From a virus: a DNA stretch of 64,000 nucleotides. Below, in pieces: positions 1-11,400 of the stretch; positions within the stretch are counted from its first letter, which is position 1; every line of letters begins with the position of its first letter. The notes beneath the pieces were generated by a model, which was given only the letters and a program-made list of their open reading frames with translations, did no database searches and was not told the DNA's origin. Where the stretch lies: IMG/VR virus record IMGVR_UViG_3300032236_001503, positions 1-64,000 of that record, one strand, 5' to 3'. A program made the position numbers and the translations under genes.

Positions 1-900
1 ACTAAATACTGATGCATTATTAGCTGATGCTGATTGTAAGAATGAAATTGAATTCCAATTAGCAGAATTGGAGTTAACGTTAGTGAAAACTGATTGATCG
101 TTTGCTGAAATAGCCTGTAAGAAAGATATAGTATTCCAATTTGCACTACTTGAATTAACATTACTGAATACAGAAGCATTGTTAGCTGAATTGGAATTAA
201 CGTTACTATAAACTGATTTATCATTAGCGGATAAAGCCTGTAAAAAAGAAATACTATTCCAGTTTGCGGAATTAGAGTTTACATTACTGAATACTGAAGC
301 ATTATTAGCAGATTGAGATTGAAATCCACTACCTGAATTCCAACCACTACTTAAAGAAAATACCTGACTATAAACAGATTGGTCATTTGCTGATAATCCC
401 TGTAAGAATGAAATGCTGTTCCAATTGGCTGAGTTGGAATTTACATTACTGAATACTGAAGCATTATTAGCAGATTGAGATTGGAAACCACTGCCAGTAT
501 TCCAATTACCACTAAGATTAAATACTTGACTATAAACCGATTGATCATTTGTTGATAATGCTTGCAAGAAAGATATAGTATTCCAATTAGCACTACTTGA
601 ATTTACGTTACTGTAAACAGATTTATTATTTGCTGAAATAGCCTGTAAGAAAGATATGCTATTCCAGTTGGCACTACTTGAATTTACATTACTATAAACT
701 GATGCATTATTAGCTGATGCGGATTGTAAAAAAGATATTGTATTCCAGTTAGCACTATTTGAATTTACGTTACTATAAACTGATTTATCATTTGCTGATA
801 ATGCTTGTAAGAATGAAATACTATTCCAGTTTGCTGAATTAGAATTTACATAACTAAAAACACTTAGATTATTTGCACTTTGAGATTCAAAAAAATTAAT
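1..900 (-). repeat. Degenerate ~81-bp (27-aa) coding tandem repeat
   Basis: atttac recurs at 601 and 682; units encode SANxxSV[FY]SNVNSN-SANWN[ST]ISFLQ[AS][LIA]. Confidence 0.85.
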
Positions 901-1257
901 GTTATTCCAATTAGCAGAATTAGCGCAAACTGAACTAAAAACAGAATTCCAATTAGCTGAAGTTGAAAAAACAGAACTATAAACCGTATTCCATAATCCA
1001 GAATTAGAAGTGACTGAGCTATAAACAGAATTCCAATTGCCTGAAAGCGATCCTAGTGTTACAAGATTAGCGGAATTATTTTGAACCCATGTTGCATAAT
1101 CTAATGTTTCGGTATAACTCGCAAGATCAGTAAAAGCTGCCTTTTTAGTGACACCACCTTGTGAAAGAACGAATAATTCAGTACCAATAAAAGGCGTTGA
1201 TGCCTGTGTTAAATCGGTAATTAGTTTTATTCTATCTGAAGTGATATTGTCAGCCAT
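1..1257 (-). CDS. Fibre protein with Ser/Asn-rich SANW repeats (partial; 3' end runs off the left edge)
   Basis: Not in the ORF track. ATG at 1257; open frame to position 1 reads MADNITSDRIKLITDLTQASTPFIGTELFVLSQGGVTKKAAF then 13/14-aa repeats (SANNASVFSNVNSN / SANWNSISFLQAL). A GTAAATA box lies 6 nt upstream. Confidence 0.85.
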   Translation of the reverse strand, partial: MADNITSDRIKLITDLTQASTPFIGTELFVLSQGGVTKKAAFTDLASYTETLDYATWVQNNSANLVTLGSLSGNWNSVYSSVTSNSGLWNTVYSSVFSTSANWNSVFSSVCANSANWNNINFFESQSANNLSVFSYVNSNSANWNSISFLQALSANDKSVYSNVNSNSANWNTISFLQSASANNASVYSNVNSSSANWNSISFLQAISANNKSVYSNVNSSSANWNTISFLQALSTNDQSVYSQVFNLSGNWNTGSGFQSQSANNASVFSNVNSNSANWNSISFLQGLSANDQSVYSQVFSLSSGWNSGSGFQSQSANNASVFSNVNSNSANWNSISFLQALSANDKSVYSNVNSNSANNASVFSNVNSSSANWNTISFLQAISANDQSVFTNVNSNSANWNSISFLQSASANNASVFS

Positions 1258-1270
1258 ATAGTATATTTAC

Positions 1271-4200
1271 CTATAATTGATAGGTTTCTGTTGGTACATA
1301 ATACCAAGAGTTAGCATTACCCAATCCTAGTTGACCGTAGTTGTTCATACCACACATATATACTCTACCTTCTTGTGTTATTATTTGTAAGAATATTTGA
1401 TTTGAATAACCAACAATAGCAATACTTTGAGCATTTTGTTTAGGTAATTTTACTTGTGTTAATGTTGTTACATAAGGCTGTTCACTATCGAATGCCAAAC
1501 CACCCCAACCATTATATCCACATGTGAATACTCTTCCATCATTTGTTAATAGAGCAAATGCACCATCTGCTGCTGTGAAATCTTTAACCAATCCACTTGA
1601 CCAAGACCAATTTGGTACGGCTGCAACACCAGTTCTATATGTTGGATATACTGGATTGTGCATTGGAACAGGTGTTGGGTGAGCAGCCCCATCTGTTGTT
1701 CCGATACCTAATTCACCCCATGTATTTCGCCCCCAACTCCATAATTGACCATAACCATCTAATGCGTAACATGCGGTATGATCGCCTATTAAACTAAATG
1801 TTTCGAATTTTACAATATTACTAAGAGAAGTGATTTTTGTTGCATAATTTCTATTTGTTGTATCACCCAATCCTAATGCACCAATTCCATTATATCCAGT
1901 TGACCATAATGTTCCATCGTTACATAAGAAATATGTTGCACCAGTTCCTGATACGCCACCATTACTACCATAAACTGCTTTAACATTACCAATTGGTAAA
2001 TTCACACCACTCATTACGTTGCCGAATGTTGGTATATAAGAACCATATCCTGATGATCCTCTACCTAATTCACCATAATTAGTCCATCCACAACCCTGAA
2101 CTTGTCCATTATTAAATAGTATAAATAAACTTTGACTATTACTTGAGTCACCAGTATTTAATATTTGTTTTATTCCACTACTATTGGTCAATGATATCGG
2201 TATTGGTGTTGGGTGTGCAGAACCATCTGTTGAACCTATTCCAAGTTGTCCATAGCCATTATAACCCCATGTCCAAATTGTACCATCTGCTGTCATCGCA
2301 ATACATGTTATGTATGCTGCCTGATCTTCAGATTCATTTACTGCGAATTTAACAACCGCACGTTTTGGATTAATATTACCTTCTTGTCCACCGAAGTAAA
2401 CTTTATTCATGAATGTTTCATGTTCAGTGCTACCGTTTCCAAGATTTCCGTAATTGTTATAACCACTTGCCCATAAAACACCATTTGAATCTAATACATA
2501 TAAAGATAATCCTGCTTGCCAATATTCAACAGGTCTTCCATATGGAGTTGCCGAATCTGTTGGTGTTACTGATACTGGTGTGTATGAGTATATATCAGCA
2601 TAATATCCCATTGGAATGGTTCCATAATATGATCTACCTGCGCTAAACATTCTACCATCCCAATATAAAACAGCAGAAGTTTGTCCACCTCTTCCATACT
2701 TGTTTGGTAATGCCGAGTAATCAGCTAAAGCATATGCTATTGCACCAGATCCACTACCACCACTAATAGTTACATTGGGGTGTTGTAAATAACCTTTACC
2801 AGCGTTTGTTACGGTTATACTTGTAACAACTCCACCTGCAATATTCGCTACAGCAGTTGCTTGAATATTATTACCAATGATATCAGTTGGTGCATCTATT
2901 GTAACACTTGGTGGTGTTACATAACCACTTCCACCATTTCCCACGATGATATTTCTAACTGAACCGTTTACAACGGCTCTACTAACATTTGTAAGATCAC
3001 CTAATACATTAACGCTACCACTAATAACTACATTGTTAGTATAGATATTACCTGTTGTACTTAAATTATTAACATATGTAAAATTTGGTTGCGTTGCGGT
3101 AATATTTGAACCTAAAATAAAGGTATTAGTTTGATTATTTGTATTGTTACTAACACCACCTAAAATTGCTGAACAATTTCCGGATGCGATATTACTACTA
3201 CCACCAGCAACGGTTGACCAAGATCCAGATGCTGTATTGATAGCACCACCAGCAACGGTTGAATATATTCCCGAAGCAGTATTACTATTACCACCAGCAA
3301 CGGTTGAAATATTGCCATTAGCGATATTACCTGCTCCACCACCAACTGTTGATTCATATCCAGCTTGATTGTTACCACCACCAGCTATAGTTGATGCACG
3401 ACCTGATGCAGTATTACAAATACCACCGCCAACAGAAGAATATACACCGGATGCGGTATTGTTTAATCCACCATCAATATGTGAATAACATGCTGAAATT
3501 AAGTTACCAGCACCACCAGTGATTGATGAATCAACACCAGCCGAAGTGATTAAATTATTTTGTCCACCAAAAACCGATGAGAAGTTAGCACACGCACAAT
3601 TTCCACCATATACATATCTCAATGATGAAAGAGATGTGCCAGTTGTAAAGAAACTACCTGATGCAAGAACACCAGTTAAGTTTGAACCATTACCAATGTA
3701 ATTTCCATAAACGTAACCGCATGAACTTATATTATTAACATATGTAAAATTAGGTTGTCCTGCTGTGATATTTGAACCTAAAATAAATGTATTTGCTTGA
3801 TTATTTGTATTGTTGGCTGAACCAGCAGCTACGAATGAAACCAATCCATTTGTTGTATTACATGAACCACCAGCTACTGTGGAATATCTACCGGAAGCCG
3901 TGTTGCATGAACCACCGATTACAGTGGATGCAAAGTTACAAGCGTTATTAAATTGTCCACCTAAAACAGAAGCCGCAGTGCATGTTGCATTATTACAATA
4001 GCCTCCTCCGATATTTGAATATGCACCAGATGTTGTATTATATTGACCACCAGTAATGTTAGAATAACAATTACAAACATTGTTGCATCTTCCACCAACA
4101 ACACTTGAGAACGTACATGCTACTTGATTTGATGAACCACCTGTGATGCTGGAGCAATTAGCCGTTACGTTATTTGAAATACCACCAGCTACAACTGAAT

Positions 4201-5458
4201 AGTTTCCAGTTGCGGTATTATTATAACCACCAGTTATAACAGTATAACATGCTGATGCTGTGTTGTTTTTACCACCAACGACACTTGAGTAATTAGCAGA
4301 AGCGGTATTATTAACACCACCTAAAATATTCGCATAACCTGATATATTTGTATTGTTATTGGTTCCAATCGATATTGATTTATTGCCACTAATTTGACCA
4401 TTTACGGTAAGCGTTGCATTTGGAGTTGATGTATTAATACCAACATTTGCGTTTTGATCTATTGCAAATGCTGTGATTGATGGTGTATTACCAAATACTG
4501 AACTAATGTAATATTTGTTTTGTAATTCATCATAAGATGTAATGAAACCAGACATTGCGTATGTTCCGGTTCCATATTCACCAATAAAAAGAACAGGAGC
4601 TAAACCATCATTTGCAATACCATTTGTTAAATAAACATAACTTGTGGATAATACAGGTGTAAAAATATTACTTTGTGCGCTAATATTTCCTGCAACGGTT
4701 AAATTCGCATTTGGCTTTGATGTACCAATACCAACATAACCACTTGTTGAGCCATCAACATAAAAAGCAGTATTAGAATTAACAGTCGCTACGATAACTG
4801 GATACGGGCCAGTTTGCGTTAAATTTAATGTTGTTCTGGTTCCATTATTAATTATATCTAAACCTTGACTAGAGAGAACCGCTGTTGTATTTGTTATAAT
4901 TCCACCAGAAACATAGAAATTACCAGTTACACGCAAATTACCATTTGCATTGATGTCTCCAACGACATCCAATGGATAAACTGGGTGTGTATTACCAATA
5001 CCCACTTTACCACCCATGAATGTTGCTACTGGTACACCTGATGGTGATTGTACATATATACCATTGCCACCTGAAATCATACCAGTAACAGTTTGGTATC
5101 CTATTACCGTAGAATTACCACTTAATCCTAAATTTCCTGCTGCAAAAATATTACCATTTGTTACTAAATTGTTGATATTTAATGCACCATTTATATACTG
5201 ATCACCAGTTGAACTTATATTACCAACAACCGTTAATGCTGCATTTGGATGACCTGTACCAATACCAACATTACCACCCATGAATACGGCAGAATATGCA
5301 CTTGTGGGTGGAACTACAGCACTTAACCCACCCGATAAAACGAAATCACCATAAAAGGGAGCGTCAAAACTGGCTATCGGATCATGAGATGAATCAGGAT
5401 TTGTAGCTGATGCATAAGTGTGGTGATTCTGTCTATGATATTTGGAATTCGGTCTCAT
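1271..5458 (-). CDS. Tail fibre/adhesin: GNVGIGT repeats, Cys-containing YadA-head-like 14-aa repeats, C-terminal RCC1/BLIP-II beta-propeller
   Basis: GNVGIGTxxPxxxLTVxG motifs; NTASGxYSTVAGG repeats; RCC1-like units WTWGYNGYGQLGIG, WSWGRNTWGELGIG, MCGMNNYGQLGLG. Confidence 0.8.
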   Translation of the reverse strand: MRPNSKYHRQNHHTYASATNPDSSHDPIASFDAPFYGDFVLSGGLSAVVPPTSAYSAVFMGGNVGIGTGHPNAALTVVGNISSTGDQYINGALNINNLVTNGNIFAAGNLGLSGNSTVIGYQTVTGMISGGNGIYVQSPSGVPVATFMGGKVGIGNTHPVYPLDVVGDINANGNLRVTGNFYVSGGIITNTTAVLSSQGLDIINNGTRTTLNLTQTGPYPVIVATVNSNTAFYVDGSTSGYVGIGTSKPNANLTVAGNISAQSNIFTPVLSTSYVYLTNGIANDGLAPVLFIGEYGTGTYAMSGFITSYDELQNKYYISSVFGNTPSITAFAIDQNANVGINTSTPNATLTVNGQISGNKSISIGTNNNTNISGYANILGGVNNTASANYSSVVGGKNNTASACYTVITGGYNNTATGNYSVVAGGISNNVTANCSSITGGSSNQVACTFSSVVGGRCNNVCNCYSNITGGQYNTTSGAYSNIGGGYCNNATCTAASVLGGQFNNACNFASTVIGGSCNTASGRYSTVAGGSCNTTNGLVSFVAAGSANNTNNQANTFILGSNITAGQPNFTYVNNISSCGYVYGNYIGNGSNLTGVLASGSFFTTGTSLSSLRYVYGGNCACANFSSVFGGQNNLITSAGVDSSITGGAGNLISACYSHIDGGLNNTASGVYSSVGGGICNTASGRASTIAGGGNNQAGYESTVGGGAGNIANGNISTVAGGNSNTASGIYSTVAGGAINTASGSWSTVAGGSSNIASGNCSAILGGVSNNTNNQTNTFILGSNITATQPNFTYVNNLSTTGNIYTNNVVISGSVNVLGDLTNVSRAVVNGSVRNIIVGNGGSGYVTPPSVTIDAPTDIIGNNIQATAVANIAGGVVTSITVTNAGKGYLQHPNVTISGGSGSGAIAYALADYSALPNKYGRGGQTSAVLYWDGRMFSAGRSYYGTIPMGYYADIYSYTPVSVTPTDSATPYGRPVEYWQAGLSLYVLDSNGVLWASGYNNYGNLGNGSTEHETFMNKVYFGGQEGNINPKRAVVKFAVNESEDQAAYITCIAMTADGTIWTWGYNGYGQLGIGSTDGSAHPTPIPISLTNSSGIKQILNTGDSSNSQSLFILFNNGQVQGCGWTNYGELGRGSSGYGSYIPTFGNVMSGVNLPIGNVKAVYGSNGGVSGTGATYFLCNDGTLWSTGYNGIGALGLGDTTNRNYATKITSLSNIVKFETFSLIGDHTACYALDGYGQLWSWGRNTWGELGIGTTDGAAHPTPVPMHNPVYPTYRTGVAAVPNWSWSSGLVKDFTAADGAFALLTNDGRVFTCGYNGWGGLAFDSEQPYVTTLTQVKLPKQNAQSIAIVGYSNQIFLQIITQEGRVYMCGMNNYGQLGLGNANSWYYVPTETYQL

Positions 5459-5476
5459 TACTATTAATAATTATCC

Positions 5477-8400
5477 TTAAGAACTTGCATTAGGGTAAAA
5501 TGTATCATTACAACAATCTGATGATGCTTCACCCCATGTTTTTGTTAACTGTTGACTTGATGAAAATGAATATGAACTTGGGAAATTACTCTGTAATTCG
5601 GCATATGTTATTGGATTAATGTTACATATACGAATTACTGGTAATGTGAGATTGTAACACGACATGCCCTTCCAAGACCAACAGAATGGATTACTGCAAC
5701 CAGTATTAATACCAGAAAGGTTTCTGTTATCGGTAACTGTTAAATAACCTGCCAAGTAATTTAAAGCATTATATATTTTACCCAATTCTCTATTGAGAAC
5801 CTGTGGGATATTAAATTCATTTACGCCAACTTGAACATTTTCATTTTCTATATCATCAGCAAAAACTGGTCTACTTGAAACTAAAATTGGTGTTTTTGAA
5901 AAGTATTGAATTTGACCATAAGGTGTTGATTCCGTTACAATAACGAATTTTGAATTCATTGTATTTCTAAATGTTTTAATATTCTGAATCAATCGGGTAA
6001 ATGCACGATTGTAAACATTATCCATAGTAAATTCATCTCTTGATATTAGTATTTGATCCTTTGTCCAATATTGGTAAGGTAATCCTTCACCAACCTTAAA
6101 TAAGGTTACAATATCCTGACATTTTATAATACTATTTGATGTCGAAAATACTAGAGATTCACTATTTGAATATTTAGCGGAAGTAAAATTCAAAAATTCT
6201 ACACTTGGTATTTTATCAACATATGATATAAACGTTCCAGTTAATGTAAATTTGATTATTTCATTACTATATAAAACATACATGAAATTTCCATTTTTAT
6301 CAAAGATGATCTTAATTGGTTTTGCTTTAAGATTTATTCCATTTTGATCGGTTAATTGGAAACTGGTGATTAAATCACCCATAGTATCAAAAACATAAAT
6401 CTTATTACTGATTGTTAAAATATATGGAAATTCTGTCGTTGGGTGTACAGCAAAACATTCTGGATTATTTGTATAAATTGGTTTAATTGAAGTTCCCACA
6501 TTTATATCAAATTCTTCGTTATAATATGTATAAATCCAGTTTAAATCTTCAGTATAATGTTTTAAACAATGGTTTTGATAGTCTAAAACATAAACATTAT
6601 CATTTAAATAAATTAATTCTGTGGGAGAATTAAATTTATTTGGATCTTGTCTTCCACCATAGTTTCCAACCACTAATTGAATATTAATTTCGTTTATGTA
6701 ATCAAAACTTAAATTGAGTTTATATATTTTATTGTAATATTGATCTAAGACATATAAATTTTGACTCGGTTCATCGTAATCGATTGAAACCGGATTCACT
6801 AATAATTGATATACTTCATTTATATTATCAAAAAATATTTCCGTTGGATTTGCACCAGTTGTAAATGCTCTCGCACTCAAACCATCAAGTACAAATGTGT
6901 AGTAATCAGTTTGAACTAAATCTTTAATATTTGAAAATGATGGAGATACTGCATTTTGTGCAGAACTTACGGTTGCGTAATTTGGATGAACGTAATCACC
7001 TGATAAGAAATCCTGAGTATGCCACTGAATACCTCTGCCTACATTATTTTGACTAGTACCAAGCCACCCATAGAATAATGTTGGTGAATCAGTATTAATA
7101 GTTTGGGTATTGTATATTAAATATTCCAAATTATCATAGAGACGACTCATTGCGGTATTAAATATATCCGCATCAGCATATTCATTTGGTTGAATATCAA
7201 CTTGATCCACTGTCCAAGGAAGAGTTAAATATTCCTCGGTTAATAATCTTATTTTCGATTGATCATAAGTGGGCCATGTATTATAAACTGTAATCGCATG
7301 TGTATTAGGTAATTGAAAACTTAATGATGAACCATTGTTATAATTAACTTGATATGATAACGTGTATGTTCCCTCTGATTGATAAGAATGTTGTGTTATA
7401 TCATTGACTAAATGATAAGCTGATAAGCCATCTCCAAAATATATGTTATAAGAAGTTATTGCTACATTTGCTTCTGGTGTATTTTGTAGATAAGGTGTTT
7501 TGAATTGTATAAAAATATTATCGCCTGTTGTTGCGTAATAAGATGAAATATAAATTTCTGGCTTTACTGCTGTTGCATAAACAACAAATGATTCTGTTGC
7601 TGTTGTAAGTTTCTGTTCAATCACATTCCATGAATCATATGATCCAGTATAGCTAGTAGCTAAATTGTATGTAGTTGATGGGATGTAAGCTGAGAGTGTA
7701 GCCGATGCATTTAATAATAAATGATTTTGAACATAGTTATCAACCGTTAATGGTTGGGAACCATCTCCAATATTTAAGATAAACAAATCATAAAGACCAT
7801 TTACCATTGGCACATTTATCTGACTAACCCATCCACCCGAAAGCGACGATAATGAATATGTTACATATGAATTAGGGTTTTGTAATGCTCGTACAGGTGT
7901 ATTTGCTGTATTAGGAACAGTGAGTGTTTGTAAAACACCAACGAATATATTATTATCAAGATCGATTGATGTTACTGGTGTAAATTGTAAACCTAGTTGT
8001 GTTACTGTATTGTAATCAAAAACAACAGCTGTATCTACAGTTGAAAACTGTAATTGTAAAGTATCATAACCAACCAATTTAGGTGATTGATTAAATGCTG
8101 ATAATCCATTTTTTGAATATGTTAAATTATTAAAACTATTAGTGTTTGATGCAATTGAATAATTTCCTAGATATAAACCAGATGTAGAATTGTTTGAAGT
8201 TAACCCGATATAATTTAAAGAGTTAACTGATCTACGAGGGAAAAAATTATTGAATGCCGTTAGGTAAACAGTTAATCCTCTATTTGATGATAGATCGTTT
8301 ACATAAGGTAAATTAATTAAGTGATTATTGGTATTAAAAGTGGAAAATAATGATACCGATGGGTCATTTAAATTTGCATAACCGTATTGATATAACCCAC

Positions 8401-11400
8401 CTTTATTTGCTGAAACATAAAAATTCTGTGAATTTGTATTATTGTGAGCATAAGCAGTTGGTGCTTGTGATACTGTAAAATTATTATTATTAACAATAGT
8501 CAGATATCCACTATTTCCTTGATGCCAAGTATATGGTGGATATATTAAAAAGTTAGTTGGTGCAAAGAATTGTGCAGTTGGTAATGTGTATATAGTTTGT
8601 GTTGAAACTAAATTATGAGGAATTGTCCACCCAGCAATTGTTGCACTCAATGCACATAATGATACATTTGTTGATGTAACACTAGGTGAGGAGATTACAT
8701 AATTAAAGGTAGAAATACTACTGAGATTTGCTGATGTTGAACTCAGTGAATAATAATGCCCTGTATTATCCGTTATTACCCATTGAATAACAGGAGCAAC
8801 TAAATTGGATACGATTTCACCAGTTGAAAATTTAAAACTATTAAAATCTGTATTTGGTCTAGATAGTACATTATTCGCAGATGTATTTGCGATAAATGGT
8901 GAATTTTGAGGAGAATAAATTATATATTCTAATTGATAGAATTGATTTATATCATACCAAGAAATTTCCTGATTAACCACATTAGTTACAACACCATTGG
9001 TGACTGTTATTTGAACTGGAACCAATACGGGTCTAGGACCTAACCAAGGATATAATTGTATTATTGGTTGTGATTGGAAATATATGTTTACAACTTCTCC
9101 TGTAAAGTTATATGCTGTTCTAAAATATGTATTAAAAATGTTATCTGATGGATAATCTAAAACACTAATATTACTATTTCCTATGGTATATGGATTATTG
9201 TAATGCGATATCGCTGATACCGATAAATTGTGAATATTAAATGAGTTTAGAGATGAACTTAATTGTACATTTAAAACTATAGAGCTTAGATAATCAGAAA
9301 AATTAGTACTACCGTTACTATATGTATTTCCAATAAATGGTGTATTATTATAAAAAGCAGTAATTGGTAAATTAGTTGTTTTGTTATCGTAACTCCAAAC
9401 CCAATACATTGGAATGCCTGTTGGGATTTGATATGAATTTTGGTTGTATGGAACCGTTGCAGTTACGGTATATGATACAGTTTTTCCCAAAATTTGCGTA
9501 TTTGCGACACCAACATTAAATTTATTATGTGAGAGGATATTGAATAAATTTGGATTAGATGAAAGAGTTGCAGTTTGATTATATTTCTGAGAGGAAAGAG
9601 TTACGTTTACGGTGTTAGGACCGTATCCCGAAACCGAAACCGTCCAACTGTTACTATTAAATGGAATTGGTTGATTTATTGGAATTGCTGATAAAAATGT
9701 TCCATCTGGATTAACTGATTGTAAAGTGATATTACAATTTGGATTAACATTATTGGAATTAAAATTCCAACTTATTAAAGAATTACCTTGTAATGATGAA
9801 TTGGTATCACTTAATGTTAAAAGATTTTTTGATGGGAAATCTGGGTAAGATGTCAAGAATGAAGAATCTACTGTTATATTATCTGCTTCTTCATTTATTA
9901 CCTTTAATGATATAGGATAACCGAGTGCTGCCTTATATACATTATTTTGTCCTGATGCAAAATGTATAAATGTTGCATTATTTGATTCGGAAATATAATT
10001 AAAGATGCTACTACTTAAACGGGTTCTTAATGTTATATTAAAGGGTCCGTACGATGATAATGGATAAACTAAAAGGAATTGTGATCCTTCTGATGTTGGG
10101 ACAAACGGTGAATTTATAATATCATAAACCTGATCTAGATTAGATCCATAATAACAAAATATCTCATCTAATACATATGGTGTATTTTTTGGAAAATCAA
10201 TTACATTTAAAGAGATGAAATCATTTGGAGCATATGTTGGTAAGTCAACATTTAATATACCAAAATCACTAGCTAAACATGATGAAAGATAAACAAATTC
10301 GGTTTGTCCATATTGAGTAGCACCGGATGCGGTGTATTGTTTGGTTACACCACTTGATAAGTTAAATCTTAAACTATAAGTGTCACTTGGATTTGGGAAT
10401 GCATTATTGGTAAATGATGTTTTAAATGAATAATAATGCGGTGAATATGGAATAGTCCAAACCATAGTATCGAATGGTGTTGACCCATCACTAATCGGTA
10501 CGTTTAATGGAATTAAACCAGAATTACTTGTTACAAATGTAGTTGAGCCAACACTAGAAAGTGTATTGGATAAACTATTAAAATAGTAAGGAGATTCCGC
10601 TATATATTTTAATTTTAACGATTGACTTGCTGCGTTGAAATCAGGTTTACAATAAGGATATCTATTTCCGAAATTATCTTTATATGTAGCATTATTATAT
10701 CTGAAACTCGTAGGGGAATTACATGATAATGATATTGATAAAATACAATTGCTGAAATCTTGAAGTGGTGCGCTTGGGTTTATCGAACTCTGTGTTAATT
10801 GTAAAGTCTGATAATTTATTGAGTTTAAATTAAAATTATTAATGAATGATGAACGAAAATCATACCATAAAGTAGGTACTTCTTCTGGAAAGAACTGACC
10901 AAGTGGAATCATCTGATTCCATAGGTAGTTATAAGTTGTAATATTGTATTTTATATTAATTGAATTTGGTACAATATAAATGTTATTATCTTCCAATTGA
11001 ACATTGAAACTAAAAGGATTAAAATTAGGAGTATATGTTAAAACATTGTTTATTACGTTTTTTGATGCTGATAAACTATAAACCAAATTAACTGGTATAG
11101 AATTTCCTCTTATAGGATTAAAATATGGTTGATTGAATTTATAATTGGTATGTTTAACATAAGAATCGTGATCAACAACATTACTACCCACGAATAAAAC
11201 ATTAGTTGAAAGTAATACGGTTGAAGTTTGTAAATTAAACGTTCCGTTATTATTAGCTGAAAGTGAAATTGGTTTTAAAAATAATCTTTGTGGATACAAT
11301 AAATAAGCAGCATCAAATAGATTATTTGCAGTATTAGTTTGATTAATTGATGATAATACTGGATTTTGTGATGAATTATTATCAAATGAACTAATTGAAA

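Noticed and set aside
1-900. CRISPR array
   Set aside because: Repeats are degenerate, in-frame coding units with no unique spacers; the same holds for 35379-35462 and 44585-44680.
3065-3814. Near-identical repeats in a fibre gene as a DGR template/variable pair
   Set aside because: Differences are not confined to adenines of one copy (e.g. ATT/ATC, changes in both directions), both copies are in-frame coding, and no reverse transcriptase is in the window.
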